A stretch of 64,000 nt of DNA from Felis catus (Eukaryota), in contig NC_058368.1 of NCBI RefSeq assembly GCF_018350175.1, positions 171,556,001-171,620,000 of the forward strand, given 5' to 3'. Shown in pieces: positions 22,471 to 35,872 of the stretch. How positions within the stretch are numbered: position 1 is the stretch's first letter; each line of letters starts with the position of its first letter. The notes under the pieces are model-generated. The model worked only from the letters and a program-made list of their open reading frames with translations. It had not been told where the DNA came from and searched no databases. The translations under genes and the position numbers were made by a program.

Positions 22471-25211
22471 AAAGATGGTGATGGATGGTGGTGATGATAA
22501 CATGTCTAGGTCCAGCCTTTTGGTTACCCTGCTCCTCTAGGACAGACAAGTTCCCTGCTATGTGAGGTCCATGTGCCTTAGAGACATGCCTCTCAGTCTG
22601 CCCCCAGCCAGAGTCTAGGCATGGCCCCAAGGCACTATCCACTGCCAAGGGGAGGGAGGGAGGGAGCCTAGGGCTTCTCACTGATATGAGACACTTCTTA
22701 ATCTTCATCTTTCTTCCCTTTTACCCCTAGCTCCTTCTCCTACTTTCTCTTTTTATTTGTCTTAAGAGTTGACCTAAAAGGTCCCTCTTAGGGCCTCCAA
22801 GTCTTTTCTATGTAGATCTTATTTATGTTCAAGATTGTTGCAAAGAATTCCCTACTAAAAGCAAACCTTTTGGTGCAGAAAAAGATCAAAGCAATGCAGA
22901 AAATCCAATCTAATGGATAGTAATTCAAGCAAATTCACAGAAATCATTATTTTTAAAGACAAATTTTTCACTGTGTCCTGTGCCATTCTAACACATGGTT
23001 ATTATTTAAATTTTTACCTTAAGTAACTAAGAGCTATGTAGGGCTGCTCCTACTAACATAGAAGATAGAGAAATGTGAATTTGGGTTCACTGACAATTTC
23101 CCTAGAAACAAAGCTGTGCCTTGGGCGGTTGCCCTTCTGGAGTGAAAAGCCTGCTAGAGCTATTCCCTGAGGGAAATCCTTAGTTCTGCCTCAATACCCA
23201 AAAGAAGCGAAGCAGTAATGGAATCACATTTCTACCTGGATATATACTTCAGCCCTCCAGTATGCTTTGATGTAATGGTTACGTAAAGGAGGGGCAAATT
23301 TTCATGACCTTATTCTCACAGCTTCCTACAATAAAAAATATATATATAAAGCAATCAGATAATACATTTTGATGTGAAAAGATTAAGGAATATTTACAAA
23401 TCACTTCTACTTTATCTTTGTTCACTACAAAGAACTAAATTCAGGAGGCAAAAAATAGATTTTGCATGTGATTTACACACCTGATGTTCTTACCATATCA
23501 AAAAACATGACTTAAGAGCTTTCTCATTCTAACTGTAATTTATTTTCTTCTAAAACCTGCAACGCAAACCCTATCACAAATGCCAACCCTTAGGAATAAA
23601 GGTAGGAGAAAAAAAATGTTGATCTTAATATAAACCCTAGAAAACTTTGACTATTTATCAGTATCAACTGCTAATTCTTTTTGCAATGATACAGGCCATT
23701 GTTTGAACATCTCTGGCTTTTTTCATATGTTTTTTTCCTTTGCAAAGTTTAAAAAAAAGGAGGGAGATAAAGTCTATATAATTTTAGCACGACAGTCAAT
23801 CTTTCCAGGCATGGTCTGACATACCAGATAAGATCAGGAACCAGTGGTGTTCTCTGCTAGGAAAAATGTTCTTTCAAAAATATGAATGTGATGCAAGATA
23901 GCTTCGATAGCCTTCAATTTAATCTTTCAATATGGATTTACAGTTCTGCAGTATTGACTTATGTCCTATACAGGATAGAATTCAGGCAACTCCTGAAGAT
24001 GTCCATTTCCCTTTCTTTGAAGTGTGCCTTAATGACTGCTTGCCTTTAGAAAGCTATTCCCCTCTATGGAAAGCTAACCAACACACCCAATTTTTTATTC
24101 CTGCTTTGTGAAATCCTCCTGTGAAACAAAACAGATTATGAAACTAGCTCAGGAAAAATCACAAGTTACCACCATGAATAGCATTCCATTTGCCTGTCTC
24201 TTCTCATCCTAGCACATTCCTGTGACCAGGACAGAAAAAAACCCACTCAGACAATCATGTGCCTCACTGAACAGACCCCAGATGATCCACTGGAGGCTGC
24301 GAGAAATGAGGAAGGAAGAAGAGGAAATCTTTATTCCAACAGGAGTTGAATAGCATGAAAATAAAAGCCAAACAGGATTTTTAAGGTAAGGTAAGCATTT
24401 TGTACAAGAAGACTGTGTCTGAGGTTAAGATATTCCTCAGACTAAAACGGAAGTCACTAATGAATATCCTTTCATACCCCAAACCACCAGCTCCAAAGTC
24501 TTTCCTCATTTATCATCCAAGAAATCGCTTTTCAGCCTTATAACCATATAGAATCTATACTAACCAATGTAGTGAGTTTCTTAGTAATTCTACTATCCAA
24601 CCAGCCAGAAAGATAAGTTAAACCTTCGTGAATGATTAACATCAGACACCAAAAACTTGGCTGCCTTTATTACTTACTCCATCAAGCTCATGAATGAAAG
24701 CCCCTACTTATTTATTTTATAATTACTCATCCAACTTCTAAAACTTAGGTAAGTACCTTTTTAATACTGCATTTTTTCTCTCTTTAACCATTAACTTTTG
24801 TAAAAGGCAGTAAGTAAATATCTGTGGCCTCAAAAGACTAGCCACAAAAAAGAAAAAAAACAAGACTAGCCACTTGCCTCCTAACATATTTATTACATGG
24901 CTTATTCAGTTCTCCTAACAGCATAAATGAAAAGTACTCTCTAGGATATGGTTCTAAAAATGTAAACCAGGAAAGTCTACTGCAAACAGAAACACACACA
25001 AAGAAGTTGTGAATCCTGCAACTCTACAAACTTTTGGCAGAAGAGAAAACAAAATGCAAAAAAAAAACATTAGCAAGGGAAAACATGTTAAAGGTTTTCA
25101 ACATCATTTTCAGTTACAAAGAAACTGCCTACCTAAAACCACATCAGGAAAAGCCAGAGAGAGAGTGAAATTTATAACCAGAAAAATTTAATATGAAGTC
25201 ATTGTACTCAC

Positions 25212-25316
25212 TGTCTGATGGCTTCGGTCACAGTAACGCAGCCCAAAATAATCTATCTCCACAAGGTTTATGTGTCGGAATACGTGGTCAAGGACAACAG
25301 AACCTTTCGTTGACTT
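25212..25316 (-). CDS. EPB41L4A: EPB41L4A (NBL4) internal coding exon (exon 2), FERM domain N-terminal lobe
   Basis: Minus strand reads ttatttttgcag|AAGTCAACG...CATCAGACA|gtgagtac, with canonical AG and GT. The 105 nt (35 codons, phase 0/0) encode [35 protein letters not shown]. This contains the FERM DYFGL motif and matches the recalled EPB41L4A N-terminus (...[39 protein letters not shown]...). Confidence 0.96.
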
Positions 25317-27361
25317 CTGCAAAAATAATTCACAGTTTTACTTTTTTAACAAGGTGTCTTCTCTTTCTCAGTGGGACATGGGCACAGCTCTCATCTTCTA
25401 TTAGCTTTGCCCACAGTGTAAGTGATTTTAGTGGCCCACAGCTCCCTCTTTAAGGTTTGCCTCGATTACAAAGAAAAATAGGGTTTCAAGTAAAGTGTAT
25501 TCAAGAAATTGCTTTGTAAAACGATTTTTAAATTGTAGTGGGTTTTTAATTAATATAAGCTTCTTTTCTTAAGGGACTGTAAATTATCTTCAGGACAAAA
25601 TTCTTCTCTTAATAAAGATAATCTTTTATATGAAAAGCATCTAATGAATTTATCAGACACCACTCACTTTGGTTAAAATCCCACAGTTCTTTCACTTTAA
25701 AAAGCAATTTTCACCTCCAGCATCATTCTCACAACTAACACAGAAGATACACAGAATTAAAATGACAATAGCCAAAGCTTTTATTTTCAATCCTCAACTG
25801 CTAAACCCATAGATTAGAGCTGCCAAAGTTAATGTTCTGAAAAGCCCTTGTGAAGAAATTTTACTTTATCTCTTTCATATGAGCACAGACGTAAAGAGAA
25901 CATTTCCCCTGGCTGCTTTGTAAGATCTAATATATTAAGATCTAAAATATTAAATACCAATTATCACACATATAAGGTAAACATTTAATCAGCAAGCACC
26001 ACTCCACATATGACATTAATCTTGAAAATAATCCATTTCAGCGCTCTCTGTACAGACTTTTCCTTTCTTTTGCCCCTCATTGGCAGGTACAACAGGGTAG
26101 TTAAGAGAAATCCCCAAGAAGTGACACATTGTGTTAAGGAAGTAAGGCTTTGTTCAGTTGAATTTTTCCCCAGAGAATTACCATTCTGTGCTTGCTCATA
26201 TATGGAGGGTACTCAAAACTGCACTGCTCTTAGAAAATGAATCTGTAATGTAAGGGAAATGTTTTGCTTAAATGTATTATAAAATGGATGATAAGAGGTG
26301 ATAAAAGTACCCACTGGGAGAAAAGAGCTCTTGTTACAAAACCCATAGGTATTTTTGTTTTCCTCTAAATTACCTTCATTAAACTTAATTGGTGTCTTTT
26401 TCAAAATCCATTGGATGATTTATAAACAAAAGCACTTCCATGATGGATCTTTGGTTTGGGACATGTTCTCCACATCCAGTGCCACATCCAGTAAATGCTT
26501 CTTTGTGCTCATGTACTTAGGTGTTTAGCTAGGGTACAAATCTGGAAGCAAAATTACTCTTTCTAAGGATACACATATTTAACATTACAATGGACACTGC
26601 CAAAAAGACCATTACAATTTCTTCAATGGAAGTATGTTTCCCCTTTGCCAACATTTGGCTGAGCAAAATTTTCCCCATCTGATTGAGCAAAACAGGGGAG
26701 AGGGTAACTGTTCTAATTTGCATTTTCCATATACTTACAAAAGTAAGTGTTCCATCATCTGCTTACTAACCAATTGCATTTTCTAGCATTTGGGTTAGGC
26801 ATGCTCTAACCCAAGGTATATGAGCAAATTCTCCTTACTTTGTATATTTCTTCATTCTGTCTGGAAATTATTTTTGTGCTTGGGATAAGGGCCTAATTTT
26901 GTTTCCAAATGGATAGACAACAGCACCACTGTTTACTGAATAGGTCATGATTACTTTTTTGATGTGATAAAAACTTCATCATCTACTAAAGTAGCCATTA
27001 TTCTATCCCATGGATTATTCCTTAACCAGTCCTCAATGATTTTAATGACTTCAATTTTAATGTAATGTATTGGTATCCATCATTCTTTTCCAAACTGTCT
27101 TTGCAAATTCTTATACATTTTTCTCTACTGGAGGAAGTTTAGAACCAGATTGCTAATTATTTTTTAAGTTTTTATTTTAATTCCAGTAGTTAACATACAG
27201 TGTTAAACTCTTTTCAAGTATACAATATAGTAATCCAACAGTTCCATATCACCTGATGCTCATCATGAGCAGTGCACTGCTTAATCCCCATCACCTATTT
27301 CACCCACCCACCCCCACCTCCCCTCTGATAACCCTCAGTTCTCTATAATTGAGTCTGTTTC

Positions 27362-27575
27362 TTTTTTTTTTTTAATGTTTATTTTGAGAGAGAGAGAGCA
27401 TGCACAAAAGTGAGCAGAGGAGGGGCAGACAGAGAGGGAGAGAGAGAATTCCAAGTAGGCTCTGCACCATCTGCAGAGAGCCCAACACGGGGCTTGATCC
27501 CACAGAACTGTGAGATCATGACCTGAGCTAAAAACAAGAGTCAAACACTTGACTGATTAGCCACCCAGGTGCTCC
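27362..27575 (-). mobile_element. CAN-SINE inserted in the L1 3' UTR
   Basis: TSD attgagtct(g/a)tttctt at 27348-27363 and 27578-27593. Confidence 0.92.
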
Positions 27576-27757
27576 TGATTGAGTCTATTTCTTGATTTTC
27601 TTATTTTCTTCCTTTGCTAGTTTGTTTCTTAGATTCCACACATGAGTAAAATCATATAGTATTTGTCTTTCTCTTATTTCACTTAGCATAATACTATCTA
27701 GCTCCATCCATGTTGTTACAAATGGCAAAATCACATTCTTTTTGCGGTTGAGTATAT

Positions 27758-27761
<4 letters not shown>

Positions 27762-27809
<48 letters not shown>
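27762..27809. repeat. (TG)n microsatellite
   Basis: About 24 perfect units inside the L1 3' UTR. Confidence 0.97.
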
Positions 27810-27810
<1 letters not shown>

Positions 27811-29677
27811 CCTTATCCATTCATCAATTGATGGACACGGGCTGTTTCCATAGTTTGGCTGTTGTAAATAATGATGTTATAAACAGAGGGGTGCATGTAT
27901 CCCTCTGAATTAGTGTTTCTGTATTCTTTGGGTAAATACCCAGCAGCGTGATTGCTGCATCATAGAGTAGTTCTATTTTTAACTTTTTGAGGAACCTCTA
28001 TACTGTTTTCCATAGTGGCTGTGCCAGTTTGCATCTTTACCAATAGTGCAAGGGAGTTCCCCTTCCTCCATACCCTCGCCAATACCTGTTGTTTCTTATG
28101 TATTTTATTTTAGCCATTCTGACAGGTGTGAGGTGGTATCTGATTGTAGGTTTGATTTATATTCCCCTGATGTGTCTGTTGGCCATCTATAGGTATTCTT
28201 CAGAGAAATGTCTGTTCATGTCTTCTACCTATTTTTTAACTGAATTGCTTTGCTGGAGTTGTGTAAGTTCTTTATATATTTTGGATACTAACCCTTTATC
28301 AGATATGTCACTTGCAAATACCTTCTCCCATTCCATAGGTTGCCTTTTAGTTTTGTTGACTGTTTCCTTCACTGTGCAGAAGCTTTTTATTTTGATGAAG
28401 TCCCAATAGGTTATTTTTGCTTTTGTTTTCCTTGCCTGAGAAGATGTACCTAGAAAGAAGCTGCTACAGTGGTTGTCAGAGAGGTTACTACCTGTGCTCT
28501 CCTCTAAGATTTTGATAGTTTTTGGTCTCACATTTAGGTCTTTCATCAATTTTGAGTTTACTTTTATGCATGGTTTAAGAAAGTGGTCCAGTTTCATTCA
28601 TTTGCACGCTTCTAATTTTCCCAACACCATTTGCTGAAGAGACTGTCTTTTGCTCATTGCATATTCTTTCCTGCTTTACTGAAGATTAACTGGCCATATA
28701 ATTATGGGTCAATTTCTGGAATTTCTATTCTGTTCCACTGATCTATGTGTCTATTTTTGTGCCAGTACCATACTGTTTAGATTACTATAACTTTGTAATA
28801 TAACTTGAGGTCCAGAATTGTGATGCCTCCAGCTTTGCCTTGCTTTGCTTTTTCAAGATTGCTTTGAGTATTCAGGGTCTTTTGTGGTTCCATACAAATT
28901 TTAGGATTCTTTGTTCTGGTTCTGTAAAAAATGCTGTTGGTATTTTGATAGGGATTGAATTAAATGTGTAGACTGCTTTGGGTAGTATGGACATGTTAAC
29001 AATATTTGTTCTTCCAATCCATGAGCATGGAATGTCTTTCCATTTCCTTGTGTCACCTTCAACTTCTTTCACCAGTGTTTTATAGTTTTCAGACTACACG
29101 TCTTTTACTTCTTTAGTTAGGTTTATTCCTAGATATCTTATTTTGGGTGCAATTAAATTTTTTTTCTTAATTTCTCTTTCTGCTGCTTCATTATTAGTGC
29201 ACAGAAATGCAACATATTTCTGTACACTGATTTTATGTCCTATGGCTTTACTAAATTCATTTATCCGTTCTAGCAGGTTTTTTTGGTGGACTCTAGGGTT
29301 TTCTATATATAGTATCACATCATCTGCCAATAGTGAAACTTTCACTTCTTCCTTACCGATTTGGGTTTCTTTTTGTTGTCTGATTTCTGTGGCTAGGACT
29401 TCCAGTACTATGTTGAATAAAAAGGTGTGAGTAGACATCCTTGTCTTGTTCCTGACCTTAGGGGAAAAGCTCTCAGTTGTTCCCCATTAAGGATGATGTT
29501 CAGCTTGCTAATTTAATAAACAATTCTGTAGGGGGTTTTGCATGGAATTACATTGAATTGACAGACTAGATGACTTGGGGAGTGAAAAAAAGTGAAACCT
29601 ATATGGTTTTCTTTTATGTCCTTCAAGGAAGTTTTATACTTTTTTTCATGTTGGTATTATAAAATTCTACTCAGGCA

Positions 29678-30270
29678 CTGTGGCAAACAGAGTTTATAAA
29701 GTGCCCCTCTCCCCCTAAAAATAAATCCTGTTCTAATCCCTGGATCTGGTAAAATAAACTGTCATTACTATAACTGTGTTATGTTATAGGTCACAGTTGG
29801 CCTTAATATCAAGAGATCATTAGAGGGGATCTGACCTAACCACATGGACTCTAACAAGCAAAGCACTTTCTCCAGCAAAAGACTAAGGCATAAGGGAAGT
29901 CAAAGATTTTTCAAAGCAGAAGAAAAACTCCACAGGTCCTTGCCAATTGAAAGATAGAGGGAGCACCTAAGACAGAAATGCTAGCAGCCTCAAGCTGCTT
30001 AGAGTAGGCCCCAAGTAATAAAATGGGAACCTGAGTATTACAGCCACAAGAACTGGCTTTAGCTAATAACCTGAGTTTGGAAGCAGATTCTGCCCCAGAG
30101 CCTTCACACTAGTGCCCAGCCAACCAACACCTTGATTTTAGCCTTCTGAGATCAAGCACAGAACCCAGCCATGCTATCCTGGATTTATGACCTACAAAAT
30201 CATGAGATAATAAATGGCGTATACTTAAGCTACTTTTAGAAATTTGTTATGCAGCAATGGAACTAATATG
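29678..30270 (+). mobile_element. MLT1 (D/E-like) LTR
   Basis: tgtggcaaacag...ctaatccctgga...ccaacaccttgattttagcc...aatttgttatgcagcaatggaactaata. Confidence 0.8.
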
Positions 30271-33200
30271 GGTGTATTCTTATCTATTTTTTAGTTTTAT
30301 TGTTGTTACATTATACTTTCTGATTTCTAATATATAATCAGTAGCCAAGCAAATAATTCTTCTTCATTGGTCTATTTCACAGCCATCTTGCTAAACATGT
30401 ATCAGTGAAAAGAATTTGTCTGTGGAATCTTTTTAGGTAACATTTACTACAAATAGTAAGTGTTCTAGTTCCTTCTTTTCAAAATTCCTCCTCCATACTT
30501 CTTTCTTTTTCTTACTGCATTAGCTGGGGCCTCAACAGAAGGATAACTGATAGTTGTGAGAACAATAATCCCAATCTTCTTCCTGACTTAAATGTAATTG
30601 CTTCTAAAATTTCATTACTAAGTATACTGATGCTACATAGCCCTTGTAGATACCCTTTATCAAATAGAAGGTTCCTTTTATTCCTGATTTCTGGTCTTTT
30701 TGGGGTTTTTTTTGTTTTATTTTGTCTTGATTTTTAATAAAAAATGAGTGATAATTTTATCACGTCATTTATGGAAATCTGAAAGGACAAAAATCATGTA
30801 ATCATCTAGGAGTTACATTAAAAGAAGTTCTAATGTCAAATATTCTTAATAAATAATTTCCCAGTATAGTTCTTTTGTTCTAGGTATATAATACCAAACC
30901 CCCTCCCTATTTGAAAAGAGTCCTGCCCTATGTGAGTCTTGGTAGAGGCAGGAAATAGACTCCGTACCACAACTCCTGGCAGCTGAGCCACAGCACATGA
31001 CCTGGTTTCAGCCAAGGACTCTGACTTCTGAGCAAGTAACGCAAAGACAGACAAACAATTGAAAATTCATTCATGGCAATGGTTCCCAGTGGTAGGGTGT
31101 CCCATAGCAGAGGCATCCGGAAGTGAAATCAAATGGGATGAGGAGCAGTGGTGACTGATTCCCATGCCAGGTTTCCCAGCATTCTTGAGGTACTAAATAG
31201 GAGCAGCCAGGCAATCCACCAGCTTCCCTTCCCTTGCCCCATGGGAACATTGATTATGTACATTTGGACCTAAGAGCCATGTCAGGGCCCTCAATAAAAA
31301 TCCCCAGAGTACAGAAAATTGGGTCGAATGGTATCTAAAAATATTGTGAACACCAACGGTTTATTGTAGGAACAGAAGCATAACAGGCAGGTTTCCTGGT
31401 TGCCAACAGTAGTAGTTAACTCTAAGTGACCAGGAAAGGAAATCACTGCAAAGACACTGGTTATCTCACCTCCCCTGTGGCATCACTCTCATGGTTGCTT
31501 GCCTCTTCTCCTAATCCCAATACAGCCACAATTACTAAGCATGGAGCAACCTTTCTTCCATTATCATCTCCCTCCCATAGTCCTCCTGCCATGTTCTGGG
31601 CTCCAGTTTACATCTACAGTTGTTTCACATTGCCTTTTGCTTCGGGAATTTTGTTGTTTTGTTTTGTTGTTTTGTAATTTCTGGCTGAGATCCGCCTTCT
31701 TTATTTTCCAGGCTGCTGTGGAAAATGCGCACATTATCTGTCCTCTTCAAAATATTTCTGGAAGGCTGACGTACAATCCTAGTGTTCCATCTTGATCTAA
31801 CCTCTCCTCTGGATCCTTTCTTCTCTCTGGACATGGACAGAGTCACTAGAGCAAGCAGAAGCACACAACTCCCCCTGTATCCTCAATCCCAAGCAGGTGA
31901 AGAAGGGCTTCGTGAACAGAAGAGGAACAAATTATGCTTGAGATCACAGCACGGAAATGGGGCAGAGTTTTTAGAGAAAATACATGTACATATACATAAA
32001 TATATATAAACCAAGGCTGTCTTTATGCCTGTATGGAAACTAACATTCCATGAGAAATGTTAGCTTTTTCATACACATGATCTATTATTAAAGCATAAAT
32101 AATAGTCTGCTAATGAAGAATATACACAAAAGCATGCTTGGAAAACCTGCTTAGCAATTCGGAAAGTATATGGAAATAGCAGAAGTTTCATGCACAGAAG
32201 GAATCACCATTTTCCAAAACTATCACTCCAAAAATACCAGAACTGTAATGGTTTTGTATTTATAGAATCTGGTGCTTACAATTCTTTACAAATATCATCC
32301 TTTAGCTCATTGTCATCCTCTACAGAGAAACCACAAGGAAAATAGGCAGTTTTACACAATGAATCCAGAGCTGACCTAAGAACAAACACGTTATCCCAAG
32401 ATTCCCTCTACAGATTTCTGTATATTGTATGTCTACACGTGAACATGGAGCAGAGGCAGATGAACCTCAAAGATATTATATTTCTGTTACTACCTCAAGC
32501 ACACACGTACATGAAAACCTCTTAACTTCTCATCTCTCACACTGTAATATGACAAGACTCAAAAAGCATGCGTGCTAGCAGTCAATTAGCTACTAGGGTA
32601 GGGGGTATGCATCACCAGCTCACATTTCTGCCAGTCCTGCCCTGAGTCCTTCCAATCACCCTGTCCACTGTCCCCTGTCACCCTGTTTCAATTTGTATTC
32701 CATTATTTATTCCTCCTGCTCTTAGGGATAATTGCACTTTTCATGTGGATTCTTCAGAGATTGCCTGTGGGTTGTATTTTGCAGTTCAGACTGGTAGTCT
32801 TCAAGTTCAGAAGCAATCATTCTTGAATAAAGAAACTGAGAACTGACAGAGAATGGACATGAGAGCCAAAGTAAGAACTAGAAGTACACTGGGCCAGGAA
32901 CAGGCCAGTTGCAGGATTTATTACTAGAAAAGAATGAGTACATACCATCAAGGATATTATGAAAGAAACATAGGACTTCAAATATCTACTGAGTACCCAT
33001 TACATGTCGGCAAATGATTAATTTCCAGAAGATGGAAAAAGCATGCTAACAAATGCCAGAAAAAAAGATGCACCCAGAATTTAATACAAAGAACCTCCAT
33101 GGGGTAAGCGGTTGGTTGCCCTATCAGAACCCTGAAGAAGTCATGGGAACATGGAGTGATAGAAACTTCTAGGAAGTGAGACAAGGAAGGACTTGATCAT

Positions 33201-34594
33201 CATCAGCTTTTTTACATATTTGAGTAGTTACGATGCACACATTTTACTTGCATTAAAATATTTTTTCAAAGAAAAAATATGCCAAGTAGAAACGAGTCAT
33301 TCATTACTTGTTTTTGTTCACAGAGATAGTTGTTTTGTGGATTTGGTTCATGCACTGTGAGGCGTTAAGGAAAATACACACAGACAAAATAGGGGTATGG
33401 TGTTTAGCTGTCAATTTGTTGACCATATTTACAGATAAATAATTCATGCTCCCTATTTACCCCCAAAAAAGTTACTATAAGACTTTTTAATCTGAATTTT
33501 TCCTAAGCTCTTTGGGCAGGGAACCCTTATCATTACGGGCCATGACATACCAGCATGGAGGCTACATGCCCCCGAGTCCTTAAAATGCTGAGGCACTGGG
33601 GACTTCACTTCTAAGTCAGATGGTTAGTTTAAGTTTAAGGAAAAAAAAATTTTAGCTTTACTTCTTTCAGTACTTGGCAAAAGAAAAAAAAGAGGAGGGG
33701 GGTTAAGAATGGGATTGTGTTTAGCAAAATCAGTTTTTTCTGACCATTTCTGGGAAAAATCTCTACCAAAATGAGAAAATCATCAAGAGACTAGAAAATA
33801 AGATATCACTGCAATCATAGCACTTAGCAATATGTCCAAGAACGTTTAAAAAGATGAGTAAGTTACAATGTTGTCTTCTGCCTACAATGGCTCTCCACTA
33901 GTGAGACTTGAGAGAATGAGCTGTGTGGCAACACAATTCTCAGGAAAGGAATTCCTGAGGGCTCCTCGGGCGTTGGCTTGCCTGAGCTGTTCTCTATACG
34001 GGATACCGTTCTTGCTCTGACACCATCAAAACCCCACTTAATCCTTCAAGATCCAGTTCAAATGCCACCTTCTCCATGAAGCCTGTCCTTATCTCCTCAA
34101 CCTCATTATGACCTCTGCCTCCACTCAACCTCTTATTTTTGCCTGCCTCTGAGACTTAACACTATTTTCTTTATTGAAGCTATTTTATACTTCTCTTCAC
34201 TTTTCTACTAATATTTAGACATTTTGAAAGCAGGTGTTAAGGAGCATACACCACTTCCTTTCCATGCCGTTCAATAATTTACACATGGTAAGAACTCCCT
34301 AAAAATTCTCTGAATACCAAGAGCCAGCAAACAAGGTAGAGAGAGATGCAATACTGGAAATATGGTAGCCTGTGAATTAAGTCTCGATTCCTGTCCGTTG
34401 TCAAGATTTCCATTTTCCTGACCAGTCAGAGCGATGAAAGCAAAAAGAAAGATGGATGGATTCATTTATCCTGACCACAGTATACCCACTGAGTCAAAGC
34501 TACACAGTTCACTTTTACTTAAACATTTGTTTCAGTGTTATGTAATTCCAACAAACTCAATGGACTCTAAACAGCATTTAAGTAATAAGTCTTT

Positions 34595-34805
34595 AAAATA
34601 AATTTTTTTTTCATGTTTATTTTTGAGAGAGAGACAGAGTCCGAGCAGGGGATGGGCAGAGGGAAAGGGAAACACAGAATCCAAAGCAGGCTCCAGGCTC
34701 TGAGCTGTCAGCACAGAGCCCGCTGCGAGGCTCGAACTCACCAACCATGAGGTCATGACCTGAGCCAAAGTCAGGTGCTTAACCACTGAGCCACCCATGC
34801 ACCCC
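34595..34805 (-). mobile_element. CAN-SINE
   Basis: Reverse SINEC with TSD aataagtctt. Confidence 0.92.
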
Positions 34806-35689
34806 AAGAAATAAGTCTTATATCTGAAATCTGTAAGATCTGAAAAAATAAAGTGGTCTTATAGTAAGTTGTAATATATAAAAGTTATATAGAGATATAT
34901 AATTTTCTTTATGCGATAAAATCTGACAGGATTTTTGTTTTTTATCATAAGGAAATCAGAAGAGATTGGATAGGAGACAGTAAGAAGAAAAGAAGCATCT
35001 GACTTTTCCAACTTCATTCAGAAAATGTTCATTTAATGTTACAAGATATCAATTTACTTTTCAAATGACAGTAAATGCCTGTGACATATTTCTGGATTGT
35101 GAATTAGATGCCACTTAAATCTCAGCAAATAGAGATAGAATTACTTTTATTACTGACACACTAGCAGCATTATGGCAAGAACAGAGCTACAAAAGACTTA
35201 TAATCTTGAGAAAGAATCCCAAATAGGACAAGTTTATTTGAAAATACCATCAGGGAAGCTTTCAACCAGAACAAAGAATTCTTCGAATGAGTAATAACAC
35301 CTTTACAGATTAACGTGACATTACAAACCAGAAAGGCAGGTTTTTACCAGCTGCACAGAATGATAACTATTACATTTGAGTTTACTCCTTCACAAAGGAG
35401 GAATGAACCCTTTAAAAAATTCTTTAATGTTATGCCTTTAAAAATTCACTATTTCTTATTTAGTGTCTTTAACAAAATAGATTCCAAGTTCTGTGAGAAA
35501 ACAAAAATGACGGTAAACATTTTTAGCACAGGCCTGTTAGGATAAGGCAAAATAGAGGCACAGAATAGAGATTCCTCAGGCACCAATGGTAATTTCTTCT
35601 CAGACCAAGTATTGTTAACAATCATCTGCTTGTTTTTTACTACATTACCTTCATCCTCTAGGTGAGGAATATATATGTAACACTTTAAG

Positions 35690-35872
35690 CTTATTTATTT
35701 ATTTTTGAGAGAGAGCATGTGCACAAGTGGGAAAAGGTGAGAGACAATCCCAAGGAGGCTCCGTGCCGTCAGCACAGAGCCTGGTGCAGGGCTCAATCTC
35801 ACCAACCATGAGGTGATGACCTGAGTTGAAACCAAGAGTTGGACACTCAACCGACTGAGCCACCCAGGCAAC
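35690..35872 (-). mobile_element. CAN-SINE
   Basis: Reverse SINEC ending ctgagccacccaggca. Confidence 0.9.

Larger units (their letters stand above)
1..25211 (-). other. EPB41L4A: Intron 2 of EPB41L4A (partial; next exon lies beyond the left edge)
   Basis: Begins at GTGAGT at 25211. I did not find the next expected peptide (YWLDPAKTLAEHKELIN) by eye in 1-25211. Confidence 0.8.
27159..29500 (-). mobile_element. 5'-truncated carnivore L1 (ORF2 C-terminal part plus 3' UTR), disrupted
   Basis: ORF-track peptides [17 protein letters not shown]..., [26 protein letters not shown]... and MKLDHFLKPCIKVNSKLMKDLNVRPKTIKILEE... are L1 ORF2p. TSD cag(a/c)ttgctaatt at 27146-27158 and 29501-29513 (12/13). 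Confidence 0.95.
26520..30800 (-). mobile_element. Ancient L1M (L1ME-like) ORF2/3' remnant hosting younger insertions
   Basis: Degenerate antisense L1 words at 26520-27150, 29510-29675 and 30270-30800, e.g. ggaagcaaaattactctttctaagg, cttcttcctgacttaaatgtaattgcttctaa, tagataccctttatcaaat. Confidence 0.55.

Noticed and set aside
25193..25453. 86-aa plus-strand ORF overlapping the real exon
   Set aside because: Antisense shadow of the EPB41L4A exon; no independent support.
28089..29438. ORFs with genuine protein similarity (L1 ORF2p)
   Set aside because: Fragmented by stops and frameshifts and 5'-truncated. A dead retrotransposon, not a host CDS.
30868..31230. Possible old ERVL LTR (LTR33/LTR16-like)
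   Set aside because: Only a few suggestive words (cacatgacctggtttcagccaa). Boundaries and family are not supportable by eye.
32870..33200. Purine-rich stretch vaguely like an ancient RTE/L4 LINE or a retrocopy
   Set aside because: The translations I tried contain stops and no convincing motif. It cannot be assigned without a profile search.
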